Assembly (NCBI GenBank): GCA_038087875.1
Contig: JAXLNO010000405.1
Location: forward strand, 1-64,000
Reading direction: 5' to 3'
Source: Malacoraja senta
Taxonomy: Eukaryota
DNA: 64,000 nt
Part shown: one piece after another, positions 23,858 through 37,143 of the stretch
Layout of the letters: each line of letters opens with the position of its first letter
How positions within the stretch are numbered: position 1 is the stretch's first letter
Program-made: the position numbers and the translations under genes
The notes under the pieces: model-generated
What the model saw: the letters and a program-made list of their open reading frames with translations, nothing else
Databases searched by the model: none
What the model was told of the DNA's origin: nothing

Positions 23858-25223
23858 CTAGACTAAGTGGGACCCGTTGGGTCCCAGCATCACACGGGAG
23901 GGCTGGTCCCCCAACGCAATATTCCACCTCTCCACCAATTCCAATATTGGTGGAGAGGGGGAGGGGTGGCTTTCTGGAGCGCTGGTATGGGTGTTGTAGG
24001 CTGAAGGGACTGGTTCCCAGAGGGCTAGTATGGACATTGTGGGCCAAATGGATTCTTGGGCTGGCAGCTCAGTCACTCGAGCCTGGTGTGCTGGCAGCTC
24101 ACACACTCACGGCTATTCCATTTCAAGCAGGGTGCAAGGCCACCAAATTCAAGTGCAGTTGTATACCACTTCAAGCAGGGTGCAAGGCCACTAAATTCAA
24201 GTGCAGTTTCATACCATTTCAAGCAGGGTGCAAGGCAACCAAATTCAAATGCTGTTTCATACCATTTCATGCAGGGTGCAGGGCCACCAAATTCAAATGC
24301 TGTTTCATACCATTTCAAGCATGGTGCAAGGCCACCAAATTCAAATACAGTTTCATACAATTTCAAGCATGGTGCAAGGTCACCAAAGACAGAGAGTCAT
24401 GACCTCTCCCTCCCCCTTCTTGCAGACACTGAGCCACGCCCACACTTCTGGGTTTTAGAGTACCTCCCCCCCTCTCACCGGAAGGGGCGTGGCCTTCAAT
24501 GGCGTGATTGACAGGAGAGAGAATCTCAATATTTTTACATCACTAATCACTCTTATTTTTCATCGATGGGAAAAATCCTCGGCACCTGATGAGCGGAGGG
24601 GGACTCTGAGTAAGATGGCCAAAAATCACAGCCGTACGTAGTAGTATTTTTTCTAAAATCAATATACAGCGCAAACATGAAGTGGTCAAGATTAGACTTT
24701 TAATTATATCGATTTTCAAACCACATTTTCATTTTCAAACCAACCACATTTTCATTTTCAAACCAACCACATTTTCATTTTCAAACCAACCACATTTGCA
24801 TTTTCAAACCAGACACATTTGCGTTTTCAAACCACATTTTCATTTTCAAACCACATTAAGGGCACTCACAGGTCAGTAAAACCATACTCACAGTTTAGTA
24901 GACATGTGTTCAGTGTTATTCACATCTCAGAATGAGTCGTGACCTCTCCAACACACTTCCGGGTTTTATAGTCCCTCCCCCTTCCCACTGGAAGGGGCGT
25001 GGTCTTCATGGCGTGATTGACAGGAGAGAGAATCTCAACATTTTTTAAACATTAGAAACTCTTTTATTTTTAATCGATGGGAAAATTCCTTTTGCCCTGA
25101 CAGCTGGAGGGGGACTCTGAGTATGATGGCCAAAAATCACAGCCGTAAGTGGTAGCGTTTTTTCTAAAATCAATATACAGTGCAAACAGGAAGTGGTCAC
25201 GTTTAAACTTTTAATTATATAGA
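23858..25223 (-). mobile_element. Complete non-autonomous Helitron
   Basis: 5' TCTATATAATTAAAAG, 3' hairpin GGGACCCAACGGGTCCC plus CTAG, inserted between A and T with no TSD. Internal 60-bp (24115-24385) and about 23-bp (24714-24856) tandem arrays. Confidence 0.8.
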
Positions 25224-25347
25224 TTAAGGATTGGAGTATTTCCAGAAATACAGGTATTTTCGATATCAAATTGGAAGGCCAAGTGACAATTTAATTCTGG
25301 TTTCCTGGGCTATTGCACAGTGGTGTTGATGAGACCTTCCTTCAATG

Positions 25348-26390
25348 TATTTTAGGACGGAGATGAGGAAAAACTTTTTCACCCCGAGAGTTGTGAATAT
25401 GGGGAATTCTCTGCCACAGAAAGCAGTGGAGGCCAAATCACTGGATGCGTTCAAGAGAGAGTTGGATAGAGCTCTTAAAGATAGCGGAGTCAGGAGATAT
25501 GGGGAGAAGGCAGGAACGGGGTACTGATTGGGGATGATCAGCCGTGATCACATAGAATGGCGGTGCTGGCTGGAAGGGCCGAATGGCCGACTCCTGCACC
25601 TATTGTCTATTTCCTGTGGCCCATCGAGAGAACATGTTCAGGTGTGATGAATGGTGTGGGAGCGGGGACCATTCACTGCGAATACGCGATGTTAAAACTG
25701 CATGTTTTTCTCATGGAAACATAGATAATAGGTGCAGGAGCCAGCACCGCCATTCATTGTGATCCTGGCTGATCGTCCCCAATCAATAACCCGTGCCTGC
25801 CTTCTCCCCATATCTCTTGACTCCACTAGCCCCTAGAGCTCTATCTAACTCTCTCTTAAATCCATCCAGTGACTTGGCCTCCACTGCCCTCTGGGGCAGG
25901 GAATTCCACAAATTCACAACTCTCTGGGTGCAAACGTTTTTTCTCACCTCAGTCTTATATGGCCTCCCCTATATTCTATGACTGTGTGGCCCCTGGTTCT
26001 GGACTCGCCCAACATTGGGAACATTTTTCCTGCATCTAACTTGTCCAGTCCTTTTATAATTTTATATCTTTCTATAAGATCTCCCCTCATCCTTCTAAAC
26101 TCCAGTCAATACTAGCCTAGTCTTTTCAATCTTTCCTCATATGACAGTCCCGCCATCCCAGGGATCAATCTCGTGAACCTACGCTGGGCTCCCTCAATCA
26201 CAAGGGTGTCCTTCCTCAAATTAAGAGATCAAAACTGTACACAATACTCCAGATGTGGTCTTACCAGGGCCCTATACAACTGCAGAAGGGCCTCTTTACT
26301 CCTATACTGAAATCCTCTTGTTATGAAGGCCAACAGACCAAAACTGCACACAATACTCCAGATGTAGTCTCACCAGAGCCCTATACAATG
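25348..26390. mobile_element. Two CR1 3' fragments in opposite orientation (25348-25610 +, 25715-26390 -)
   Basis: CR1 C-terminal peptide and 3' UTR on each strand. Confidence 0.8.
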
Positions 26391-26851
26391 CACCCATGGA
26401 AGTCTGAACTGAGGGCCAGTGGTGAAAGATTTCTCAGATGGTGTTTTCCTTCCCCTCCTGTGTTCACAGATCTAAACTCCGCAATCTCCGCTTTCATGTC
26501 AAACTGTGATGATCACCAGCTCTTACAGTTGACGAGATTCTACAAGGACCGACTGGAGCTGGCGATTGAAGAGGGTGTGGAGGGAGTTAGCTTCATGGTA
26601 ATGGACACGGATCACTTCACTGGGCAAGAGTGTCAGGTAAGTGGAACGGACCCAGATTGTGTGTTGCTTCTAAATTTAACACAGACTGAGAGAACCAATG
26701 TAAGGGAATGGCTGGAGAATGAAATATCCGGGGCCCATGTTGATCAAGCTCCACAAAGGAGTCTGGGGATGCAGCAACAATGAGCCTGTATTCGACCGAC
26801 ACAAGCTCACAGCTCCAACAGAAGTCACCAATTGTCTTGAGTTCCCATGTC

Positions 26852-28880
26852 TAGAAACATAGACAATAGGTGCAGGAGTAGGCCATTCGGCCCTTCGAGC
26901 CTGCACCGCCATTCAATATGATCATGGCTGATCATCCAACTCAGTATCCTGTACCTGCCTCAACTCCATACCCCCTGATCCCTTTAGCCACAAGGGCCAC
27001 ATCTAACTCCCTCTTAAATTTAGCCAATGAACTGGCCTCAACTACCTTCTGTGGCAGCAAATTCCACAGATTCACCACTCTCTGTGTGAAAAATGATTTT
27101 CTCATCTCGGTCCTAAAAGACTTCCCCCTTATCCTTAAACTGTGACCCCTTGTTCTGGACTTCCCCAACGTCGGGAACAATCTTCCTGCATCTAGCCTGT
27201 CCAACCCCTTAAGAATCTTGTAAGTTTCTATAAGATCCCCCCTCAATCTTCTAAATTCTAGCGAGTACAAGCCGAGTCTATCCAGTCTTTCTTCTTATGA
27301 AAGTCCTGCCATCCCAGGAATCAGTCTGGTGAACCTTCTCTGTACTCCCTCTATGGCAAGAATGTATTTCCTCAGATTCGGTGACCAAAACTGTACGCAA
27401 TACTCCAGGTGTGGTCTCACCAAGACCCTGTACAACTGCAGTAGAACCTCCCTGCTCTTATACTCAAATCCTTTTGCTATGAATGCTAACATACCATTCG
27501 CTTTCTTCACTGCCTACTACACCTGCATGCCTACTTTCAATGACTGGTGTACCATGACACCCAGATCTCGTTGCATCTCCCCTTTTCCTAATCGGCCACC
27601 ATTCAGATAATAGTCTACTTTCCTGTTTTTGCCACCAAAGTGGATAACCTCACATTTATCCACATTATACTGCATCTGCCATGCATTTGCCCACTCACCC
27701 AACCTATCCAAGTCACCTTGCAGCCTCCTAGCATCCTCCTCACAGCTAATACTGCCCCCCAGCTTCGTGTCATCAGCAAACTTGGAGATGTTGCATTCAA
27801 TTCCCTCATCCAGATCATTAATATATCTTGTAAATAGCTGGGGTCCCAGCACTGAGCCTTGCGGTACCCAACTAGTCACTGCCTGCCATTCTGAAAAGGA
27901 CCCGTTTACTCCTACTCTTTGCTTCCTGTTTACCAGCCAGTTCTCTATCCACATCAATACTGAACCCCCAATACCATGTGCTTTAAGTTTGTATATTAAT
28001 CTCTTATGTGGGACCTTGTCGAAAGCCTTCTGAAAGTCCAGATATAACACATCCACTGGTTCTCCCTTATCCACTCTACTAGTTACATCCTCGAAAAATT
28101 CTATAAGATTCGTCAGACATGATTTACCTTTCATAAATCCATGCTGACTTTGTCCAATGATTTCACCATTTTCCAAATTTGCTGCTATCCCATCTTTAAT
28201 AACTGACTAGCATTTTCCCCACTACCGATGTTAGACTAACTGGTTAGTAATTCCCCGTTTTCTCTCTCCCTCCCTTTTTAAAAAGTGGGGTTACATTAGC
28301 TACCCTCCAATCCTCAGGAACTACTCCAGAATCTAAATAGTTCTGAAAAATTATCACTAATCAATCCACTATTTCTGGGGCTACTTCCTTAAGTACTCTG
28401 AGATGCAGCCTGTCTGGCCCTGGGGATTTATCGGCCTTTAATCCATTCAATTTACCTAACACCACTTCCTGGCTAACCGGGATTTCACTCAGTTCCTCCA
28501 TCTCATTTGACCCCCGGTCCCCTGCTATTTCCGGCAGATTATTTATGTCTTCCTTAGTGAAGACAGAACCAAAGTAGTTATTCAATTGGTCTGCCATATA
28601 CTTGTTCCCCGTGATCAATTCACCAGTTTCTGACTGCAAGGGACCTACATTTGTTTTAACTAATCTTTTTCTCTTCACATATCTATAAAAACTTTTGCAG
28701 TCAGTTTTTATGTTCCCTGACAGTTTTTTTTCATAATCTATTTTCCCTTTCCTAATTAAGCCCTTTGTCCTCCTCTGCTGGACTCTGAATTTCTCTGGTA
28801 GGCTGCTTTTTTTGGCTAATTTGTATGCTTCATCTTTCGTTTTGATACTATCCCTGACTTCCCTTGTTAGCCACATTTGG
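26852..28880 (-). mobile_element. CR1 LINE, 5'-truncated ORF2
   Basis: KSPGPD, QHGFMKGKSCLTNL, YLDFQKAFDKVPH, PQGSVLGP, KFADDTKL. Confidence 0.92.
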
Positions 28881-28896
28881 GCACGTAACTTCCAGT

Positions 28897-30140
28897 GATA
28901 GAAACATAGAAACATAGACAATAGGTGCAGGAAATCAAATCAACCTTTATTGTCATCTTGCAAGCAACAGTTGTACAGTGCAAAATGAAAAGACGTTTCC
29001 CAGGGAATACAGGAGCATCGCACATGAAATTTAAAACATTTCACACATAATAACACTAAAACAATCCAGTCCCTGATGGAACAGTATAAATAGTTAAAAG
29101 TAGGTAAAAACAATGTTAAAATACAGTAAAACCAATCATAAACATGTCCAGGGTGGCTGATTTGAGTGGCCAGTGCCAGTTATTAAAGTGTCCGTGCCAA
29201 GCCGCAGAATCAGGTGACTGTGAGTACAGAGTGGCTGTTTAGCAGCCTCACAGCATATGGCAGGAAGCTGTTTAGCAGTCTTGTAGTCCGGGCTTTAATG
29301 CTGCGATATCTCTTGCCTGATGGCAGGAGATCCAGGTGTATGTGGAGGGGGTGCAGTTTGTCCTTAGCAATTCTCTGAGCTTTTTTCCGACAGCGACTCT
29401 GGAACAATTCTTGTACCGAGGGTAGGGAGACGCCAATGATCTTCTCTGCTTCCCTCACTACCCTCTGCAGAGCCTTCCTGTCCGAGCAGTTGCAGGTGGA
29501 GTACCACGTATTTATGCAGTACGTGAGTACAGACTCCACCGTACCCCTGTAGAGAGTCCTGAGGATGTTGGTGGGGAGTGAGGCCTGTTTGATCATGGCT
29601 GATCATCCAACTCAGTATCCTGTACCTGCCTTCTCTCCATACCCCCTGATCCCTTTAGCCACAAGGGCCACATCTAACTCCCTCTTAAATATAGCCAATG
29701 AACTGGCCTCAACTATCTTCTGTGGCAGAGAATTCCACAGATTCACCACTCTCTGTGTGAAATATGTTTTTCTCATCTCGGTCCTAAAATATTTCCCCCT
29801 AATCCTTAAACTGTGACCCCTTGTTGTGGACTTCCCCAACATCGGGAACAATCTTCCTGCATCTAGCCTGTCCAACCCCTGAAGAATTTTGTAAGTTTCT
29901 ATAAGATCCCCCCTCAGTCTTCTAAATTCCAGCGAGTACAAGCCGAGTCTATCCAGTCTTTCTTCATATGAAAGTCCTGCCATCCCAGGAATCAGTCTGG
30001 TGAACCTTGTCTGTACTCCCTCTACGGCAAGAATGTCCTTCCTCAGATTAGGTGACTAAAACTGTACGCAATACTCCAGGTGTGGTCTCACCAAGACCCT
30101 GTACAACTGCAGTAGAACCTCCCTGCTCCTATACTCAAAT
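28897..30140 (-). mobile_element. CR1 3' end interrupted by a Rex1-like fragment (about 28933-29590)
   Basis: CR1 tail at 28897-28932 resumes near 29590; the insert encodes YRGTVESVLTYC..LLPSGKRYRS. Confidence 0.8.
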
Positions 30141-30467
30141 ATGTGATATGACAACTCATTGTACTGCGAGTGCAGATTGTATTAAGCTTGTCTTCCATGA
30201 TGTGTCAAATACTTGGCCCAAAGGCCCTGACAAGGGGCTGAGTAGTCCCCGTGATTCCCGGCTTCCCGTACCATCTTGTGACCCAGTTCTCAGTCCCTCT
30301 GGCCTTTCTCCTGCAGCCCAGCATAAGTTGAACAAACACTGCATGACTATTATCTCACCTTTAATAAATGAATATTGTACATTTGGGCATATTCCATCAT
30401 GCCTCATGTTGCAGTTGCCTTTTCCTTCTGAATATTTCACAGTTTCATAATTACAGCGGTGTAATTC

Positions 30468-30920
30468 AGTCCCAAATGGCCACAGATTCACAACTCTCTG
30501 GGTGGAAAAGTTTCTCCTCGTCTCAGTACCAAATGGCCACAGATTCACAACTCTCTGGGTGGAAAAGTTTCTCCTCATCTCAGTCCCAAATGGCCACAGA
30601 CTCACAACTCTCTGGGTGAAAACGTTTTTTCTCACCTCAGTCTTAAATGACCACCCCTTTATTCTAAGACTGTGTGGCCCCTGGTTCTGGACTCGCCCAA
30701 CATTGGGAACATTTTTCCTGCATCTAGCTTGTCCAGTCCTTTTATAATTTTATATGTTTCTATAAGATCCCCCCCTCATCCTTGTGAACTCCAGTGAATA
30801 CAAGCCTAGTCTTTTCAATCTGACAGTCCCGCCATCCCAGGGATCAATCTCGTGAACCTACGCTGCACTGCCTCAATCACAAGGTTGTCCTTCCTCAAAT
30901 TTGGAGACCAAAACTGTACA
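30468..30920 (-). mobile_element. CR1 3' fragment with an internal 59-bp triplication
   Basis: PFGTEMRRNFSTQRVVNLW unit repeated three times (30468-30645). Confidence 0.8.
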
Positions 30921-31007
30921 CAATACTCCAGATGTGGTCTCGGAGTCGACCCTATTCTCCCGCTTGCTGCATGCCTTCCTCCGCTTCTCAATATGTTCAC
31001 CATTGTT

Positions 31008-31564
31008 GGCCTCTACTTCCTGAGAAGATTACGGAGAGTGAGTATGTCAAGGATTACTCTCTCGAACTTCTACAGGTGCACAGTAGAGAGCATGCTGACT
31101 GGTTGCATCGTGGCTTGGTTCGGCAACTTGAGCGCCCTGGAGCGGAAAAGACTACAAAAAGTCGTAAACACTGCCCAGTCCATCATCGGCTCTGACCTCC
31201 CCACCATCGAGGGGATTTATCGCAGTCGCTGCCTCAAAAAGGCTGGTAGTTTCATCAAGGACCCACACACCATCCTGGCCACACACTCATCTCCCCGCTA
31301 CCATCAGGTAGAAGGTACAGGAGCCTGAAATCTGTTACATCCAGGTTCAGGAATAGCTACTTCCCCACAGCCATCAGGCTAGTAAACTTGCCAACAAACA
31401 AACTCTAAACTATAACAGCCTGTTGCACTTTATCTGTTTATTTATGTGTATATTGAACTGATCTGTTCTGTATTATGCTTACAATATTCTGTTGTGCTGC
31501 AGCAAGCTACAATTCCATTGTCCTATCTGGGACACATGACAATAAACTCTCTGGACTTGACTTG
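31008..31564 (+). mobile_element. Rex1/Babar-like LINE 3' fragment
   Basis: LYFLRRLRR..FYRCTVESMLTGCI..WFG; AATAAA and GACTT tail. Confidence 0.8.
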
Positions 31565-31864
31565 TTCATTACAGAGAGTGACTGAGCTCGCAGAGACAGG
31601 AAAACAAGCGGCCGGCTCCAAACTGCTCCTGAATCTGGTGATGGAGAAGGGTTCTGAGGCACAAAGGATGTTGTGGGAATCCCTTGTGAAAATACGTCAC
31701 ACACTACCAAAGCTGAGCAGAATATTGAAAGAGATACTGGCTCAAGGTACGGCAACATTAGACTATTATTAAATTTCAGCTGTAAATGCTGCTGATCTTA
31801 CAATATTGAACAAAAAGCACTTCATACAAGTTAAGCACAAGATAGACACAAAATGCTGGAGTTA

Positions 31865-32602
31865 AGGGCCTGTCCCACCAGCATGCGACTGCATGCGGCT
31901 AGCGTGACCTCACATGGTCGCTTGAGGAGTATGGCCTCGCGGGGCCAGTCCCACTTCGATCGCTGGAGCCGTATGAGTTGTGCGGGGCTGGTCCCGACAT
32001 TGCGCGGGGCTACGAAAAACTGACAGTGTTCAAAAAATCCCGCGCGGCAACGACCAGCCGCATCGAGGCCGTACGCAGCACCTCGACGGGCGTGCGCAGC
32101 GTCTTGACGGCGTACGCCTAGCGCGTGGCGTTGCGTGATGACGTCACCGCCCGGCGTGCCATTGCGTGATGACTTCACCGCCCGGCGTGGCGTTGCTCGA
32201 TGACGTCACCGCCCGGCGTACCGTTGCATGATGACGTCACCGCCGGGTGTGCCCTTGCGTGATGACGTCACCGCCCGGCGTGCCGTTGCGTGATGATGTC
32301 ACCGCCCGGCGTGTCCTGTTGCGCGATGACGTCACCGAGCGGCGTGTCCCGTTGCACGATGACGTCACCGCCCAGCGTGCCGTTGCGTGATGACGTCACC
32401 GCCCGACGCCGTGCGACGTCCAAAATACAGTCGGCCCGCCTCCTGCCCAGCTGATTGGTGAGTATGATGTCGGGACCAGCCCCGCACAACTCCAGACGCC
32501 TCCGCGGTTGGAAGTGGGACCGGCCCCGCGAGGCGTACGCCTCAAGCCACCACGTTTGGCCGCGCTAGACGCATGCAATCGCATGCTGGTGGGACAGGCC
32601 CT
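31865..32602. mobile_element. PIF/Harbinger-type MITE with internal 31-bp tandem array
   Basis: TIR AGGGCCTGTCCCACCAGCATGCGA / TCGCATGCTGGTGGGACAGGCCCT, TTA TSD on both sides. Confidence 0.85.
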
Positions 32603-33584
32603 TTACTTGGCAGGGCAGGTAGCATCTCAGGATGGATAGAATGGGTGACGTTTCATGTCGAGACCCTTCAGACTGAGTCGGGAGTGGGAGATACAGAGAT
32701 AAGGAAGTGTAAGGTGTGAAAACGGACAAAGAGGATGTAGATGAATGAAAATGTATAATAGATCATTGTTAGCTCGGAGAAGGTAACAAAACAAACAGAT
32801 AAAATGTAATGAAGGACAGTCAGACTGGTCGGGGAACTGTGAAGGGAGAGGGATAGAGAGAGAGGGAAACAAGGGTCACTTGAAGTTAGAGAAGTCAATA
32901 TTCATACCGCTGGGGTGTAAGCTCACGTTAATATGTTAATCTGTTTAAACAGGTAAAGACCAGTTCGCCTACATGGTCACGGTGGGGCAGGGTTTATCTG
33001 AAGTGCCCACTTACCTGAAAGGTAAGTGATGGATGGGATCCCATAGCCGCCTGCCTTTCACTCTGAAACTGAATGTCTGCCTTTAGCTGCCTGATGAGAA
33101 TCTGTCACAACTTGGGCACTGGGCCTTCCTTGTTGGCTCTGGAGGACGGACGGGGAACTATGTGTTAGTGTCACAATCCTCCGTCATTTTGTGGAGTCAC
33201 AATGTTTAATCAGACTCCTCCATGGGGAATCCAGCGGCCAGCTGCTCTCTGTCAGTAGAGTCTGTCATTCTCACAGAGAGTGGTGAGTCTGTGGATTCTC
33301 TGCCTCAGAGGGTGGTGGAGGCCGGTTCTCTGGATACTTTCAAGAGAGAGCTAAATAGGGCTCTTAAAGATAGCGGAGTCAGAGGATATGGGGGAGAAGG
33401 CAGGAACGGGGTACTGATTGGGGATGATCAGCCATGATCACATTGAATGGCAGTGGTGGCTCGAAGGGCCGAATGGCCTACTCCTGCACCTATTGTCTAT
33501 TGTCATAATAAGCAAGTCAGCGAGTTTTCTATGTTTCTCACAATCTGACTATGCAAGGTGAGCATCATCGACCAGTTACACATG

Positions 33585-33860
33585 TGGCACAGTGATGTTA
33601 CAGTGGAGCAGAGTTGCTGCCTCCAGCGCCAGAGACACCAGCTCGATACTAACTACACGTGCTGTCTGTGTGGAGTTTGTGCCTTCTCCCCGTGACCACG
33701 TGGGTTTTCTCCGGGTGCTCCAGTTTCATCCCAAATTCCAAGACTTGCAGTTTGTATGTTAATTCGCTTCTGGCAAATTGTCCCGAGTGTGAAGAAAAGG
33801 TGATCGATGATCGGCGTGGGATTGGTTGGGCGAATGGCCTGTTTCCTCTAAACTACAGTA
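33585..33860 (+). mobile_element. tRNA-derived V-SINE (HE1-like)
   Basis: V-domain-like GCTGTCTGTGTGGAGTTTG..TTCTCCCCGTG..CTCCGGGTGCTCCAGTTTC after a decayed tRNA-like head. Confidence 0.65.
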
Positions 33861-33961
33861 AAACTCAATTAAACGAATCCATGCGAAGACCAACACATTG
33901 TAATTGATCCCGTCGACTGTTACCCTCCGCAATGTTTCCTAGTTCAGTTGATCAGTGAAGG

Positions 33962-34556
33962 CATAGAAACATAGAAAATGGGTGCAGGAGGAGGCCATTC
34001 GGCCCTTCGAGCCAGCACTGCCATTCATTGTGATCATGGCTGATCGTCCCCTATCAATAACCCGTGCCTGCCTTCTCCCCATATCCCTTGATTCCACTAG
34101 CCCTAGAGCTCTATCTAACTCTCTTAAATCCATCCAGTGACTTGGCCACCACTGCCCTCTATGGCAGGGAATTCCACAAATTCACAACTCTCTGGGTGAA
34201 AAACTTTTTTCTCACCTCAGTCTTAAATGGCCTCCCCTTTATTCTAAGACTATGGCCCCTGGTTCTGGACTCGCCCAACATTGGGAACATTTTTCCTGCA
34301 ACTAGCTTGTCCAGTCCTTTTATACTTTTACATGTTTCTATAAGATCTGCCCTCATCCTTCTAAACTCCAGTGAATATAAGCCTAGTCTTTTCAATCTTT
34401 CCTCATATGACAGTCCCCGCCATCCCAGGGATCGATCTCGTGAACCTACGCTGCACTGCCTCAAACACAAGGATGTCCTTTCTCAAATTAGGAGACCAAA
34501 ACTGGTACACAATACTCCAGGTGTGGTCTCACCAGAGCACTATACAACTGCAGAAG
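33962..34556 (-). mobile_element. CR1 LINE 3' fragment
   Basis: LSYEERLKRLGLYSLEFRRMRADLIE..WNSLP. Confidence 0.85.
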
Positions 34557-34721
34557 AATAGTAAGTGCCCATATTTATGCCCCGTAGCCACTTACAGAGT
34601 AGGGCGTAGACTAGGGGCTCCGTGAAACAATCTTCATTCTGTTAATAAAGCGATCAATGTTGCCTTAAGCTTACGCAAACACATTCGGAATTACATTTGG
34701 GTTGTTTGAAATATTTTCTGG

Positions 34722-37143
34722 CCATCCGGATCAAACAGGGTTTATACCCAAGAGATACTCATGCAATAACCTGAGACGTCTGTTTAATATAATGCACTCA
34801 CATAAAACCGAAGAACAAGACTTATCATTATTTCACTGGACGCAGAAAAAGCATTTGATCAAGTGGAATGGGATTACTGGTTAAGGTATTTCAAAATTTC
34901 AAATGGGAGAGAATTTTATCGCTTGGGTAAAATTATTATATGATAGGCCTACTGCCAGAATATTAACTAATAATATTTTGTCCTCGAAATTTCAATTATC
35001 AAGGGGAAATAGACAGGGTTGTTCATTATCACCTCTGCTATTTGCTCTTGTAATAGAACCGTTAGCGGAAAGTATAGAATACATCCGAACATTCATGGGT
35101 ATAATGACAAAATACTCAAATAATAAAATATCATTACACGCAGATGATGTACTACTATATATCACAAAATCACAAATTAGTATACCAAATATATTAAATT
35201 TAATAGATGAATTTGGATCCTTTCTCAGAATATAGAATAAACTGGAATAAAAGTGAAATTAATGACGATTAAACCTCAGAACCGACACACCTGTTAAAAT
35301 TCCCTTTTAAAATCGCTTCAGAAAAAATTTAAATATTTGGGAATTGAAATTACTAGAAAATATAAATCTCTATTTAATGCAAACTATATGCCCTTACTTA
35401 ATAAACTAAACATACTGATTAAATTCTGGAAAACCCTCCCGATGTCTCTTATAGGCCGAATAAATGCTATAAAAATGATCTTTTTACCACAAATTTTTAT
35501 ATCTATTCCAGTCAATACCGATATATTTACCAAAATGTTTTTTTTTAATTGAATGCTGATATTACAAACTTTATATGGACTATAAATCCCACAGAATCCA
35601 AAGAAAACATTTGTGATAAACCTAAAGAATCTGGCGGATTATCACAAGATGAGTTGAGTACAGGGCCACAAATGTCAAAAATATGATTCACCTGTTGGAC
35701 AATTCGGCCAGCAGGTGGATTGGATAGTAATGGAGAGAGAGGATTGTTCCCCTTTTAACATAGGAGCGATCCTTCTCTCACCAACAAAAATGAAGAATAC
35801 AATATATAGTAAAAATCCAATTATTCATAGTACAATTAGAATTTGGAAACAAATAAAATTAACGTTAACATTAAGAAATCTATCACTTCTCTCACCTATA
35901 ATGAATAACCCTTCGTTTAAACCTTCTATGATAGATAAATCTTTTAGAAATTGGGAAAGAGTAGTAATTAAAACGTTTGGAGATATGTATGATAATGGAA
36001 GTTTTTTAACATTTCACCAACTACAACTTAAATACAACTTGAATAGTAATCAATATTTCAAATATTTTCAAATACGTGACTATTTGAAAAAGTATACACG
36101 AGAATATCAAATATGTCTCCTGACCTATTAGATGAGATAATGAATATAAAAGCGGAATCAGCTAATTTAATATCATACCTGTATAATTCCATTTTAAACA
36201 TAGAAATTCCATCATCGGATGGGATTAGAAAAGAATGGGAACAGGAACTAGCTATAAAAAATCTCGAAAGAGAGTTGGGATAAACACCTATTATATGTGC
36301 ATAAATGCTCGATTAACTTAAGACATTCTCTGATTCAATTTAAAATTTTACATAGATTATACTATGCAAAAGCTAAATTAAGTAAATTTTACCCAAATAC
36401 CTCTGCTATCTGTGATAAATGCCTAATCCAAGAATCAACTATAGCACACTCTTATTTTTTGTATAAAAATCCAAAACTTTTGGAATGAAATTTTTGAAAT
36501 TTTCACTCAATTATTTAAATAGAACTGAAACCGAATGCAGAATTGATTATTTTTGGAACAATAGAAGCAAGTTTGGAGCTGACTTCGTTTCAAAGGAGTT
36601 TCTTAATTATGGCTTAATAACGGCAAAAAAACTGATACTGAAATTTTGGAAAAACACTCCCACGCCAACAATAAAAATGTGGACTTCTAATATGTCGGAA
36701 TTGTTACACCTAGAAGATATGAGATTCCTCCAAGCAGGTAAACAAGACCAATTCCAAAAGATTTGGTCTCCATATATCGACTTATTACAAACATAGGGTG
36801 CAACAAAATGTTGATAATAAATGGTTTTAGGACCTGGCGAGGGGTGAGTAAAGATAAGAAGTAGGTACATCCCTTTCATATTGTCCTATCTTACTTTCTT
36901 TTTTCTTTTTTCTGTTTCCTCCTTTTGGTTTTTCTCTTCTTTTTTTTTCTTTTTTAACTATTTCTTGTGGTTTAGGTCCATATGGGTGTTCCTGGACACT
37001 CTTTCAATCACTCACTGACTATCTTTACTAACTCTTTCTATCCTTTTTCCTATTAAAGTTTAAAATAAGAAGTGGTACAAGAAAAGTATAAACTTACGTT
37101 ATTGCAGATTACTGTAATGTAAAATACTTCTAATAAAAAAAAA
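34722..37143 (+). mobile_element. L1-clade LINE, 5'-truncated, multiply frameshifted
   Basis: HPDQTGFIP, RQGCSLSPLLF, HADDVLL, QFKILHRLY..CDKC; poly(A) at about 37134-37143. Confidence 0.9.

Noticed and set aside
23770..24511. Cys/Lys-rich repetitive ORF (QAGCKATKFKC)n
   Set aside because: Read-through of a CR1 fragment into Helitron 60-bp tandem repeats; no splice or domain support.
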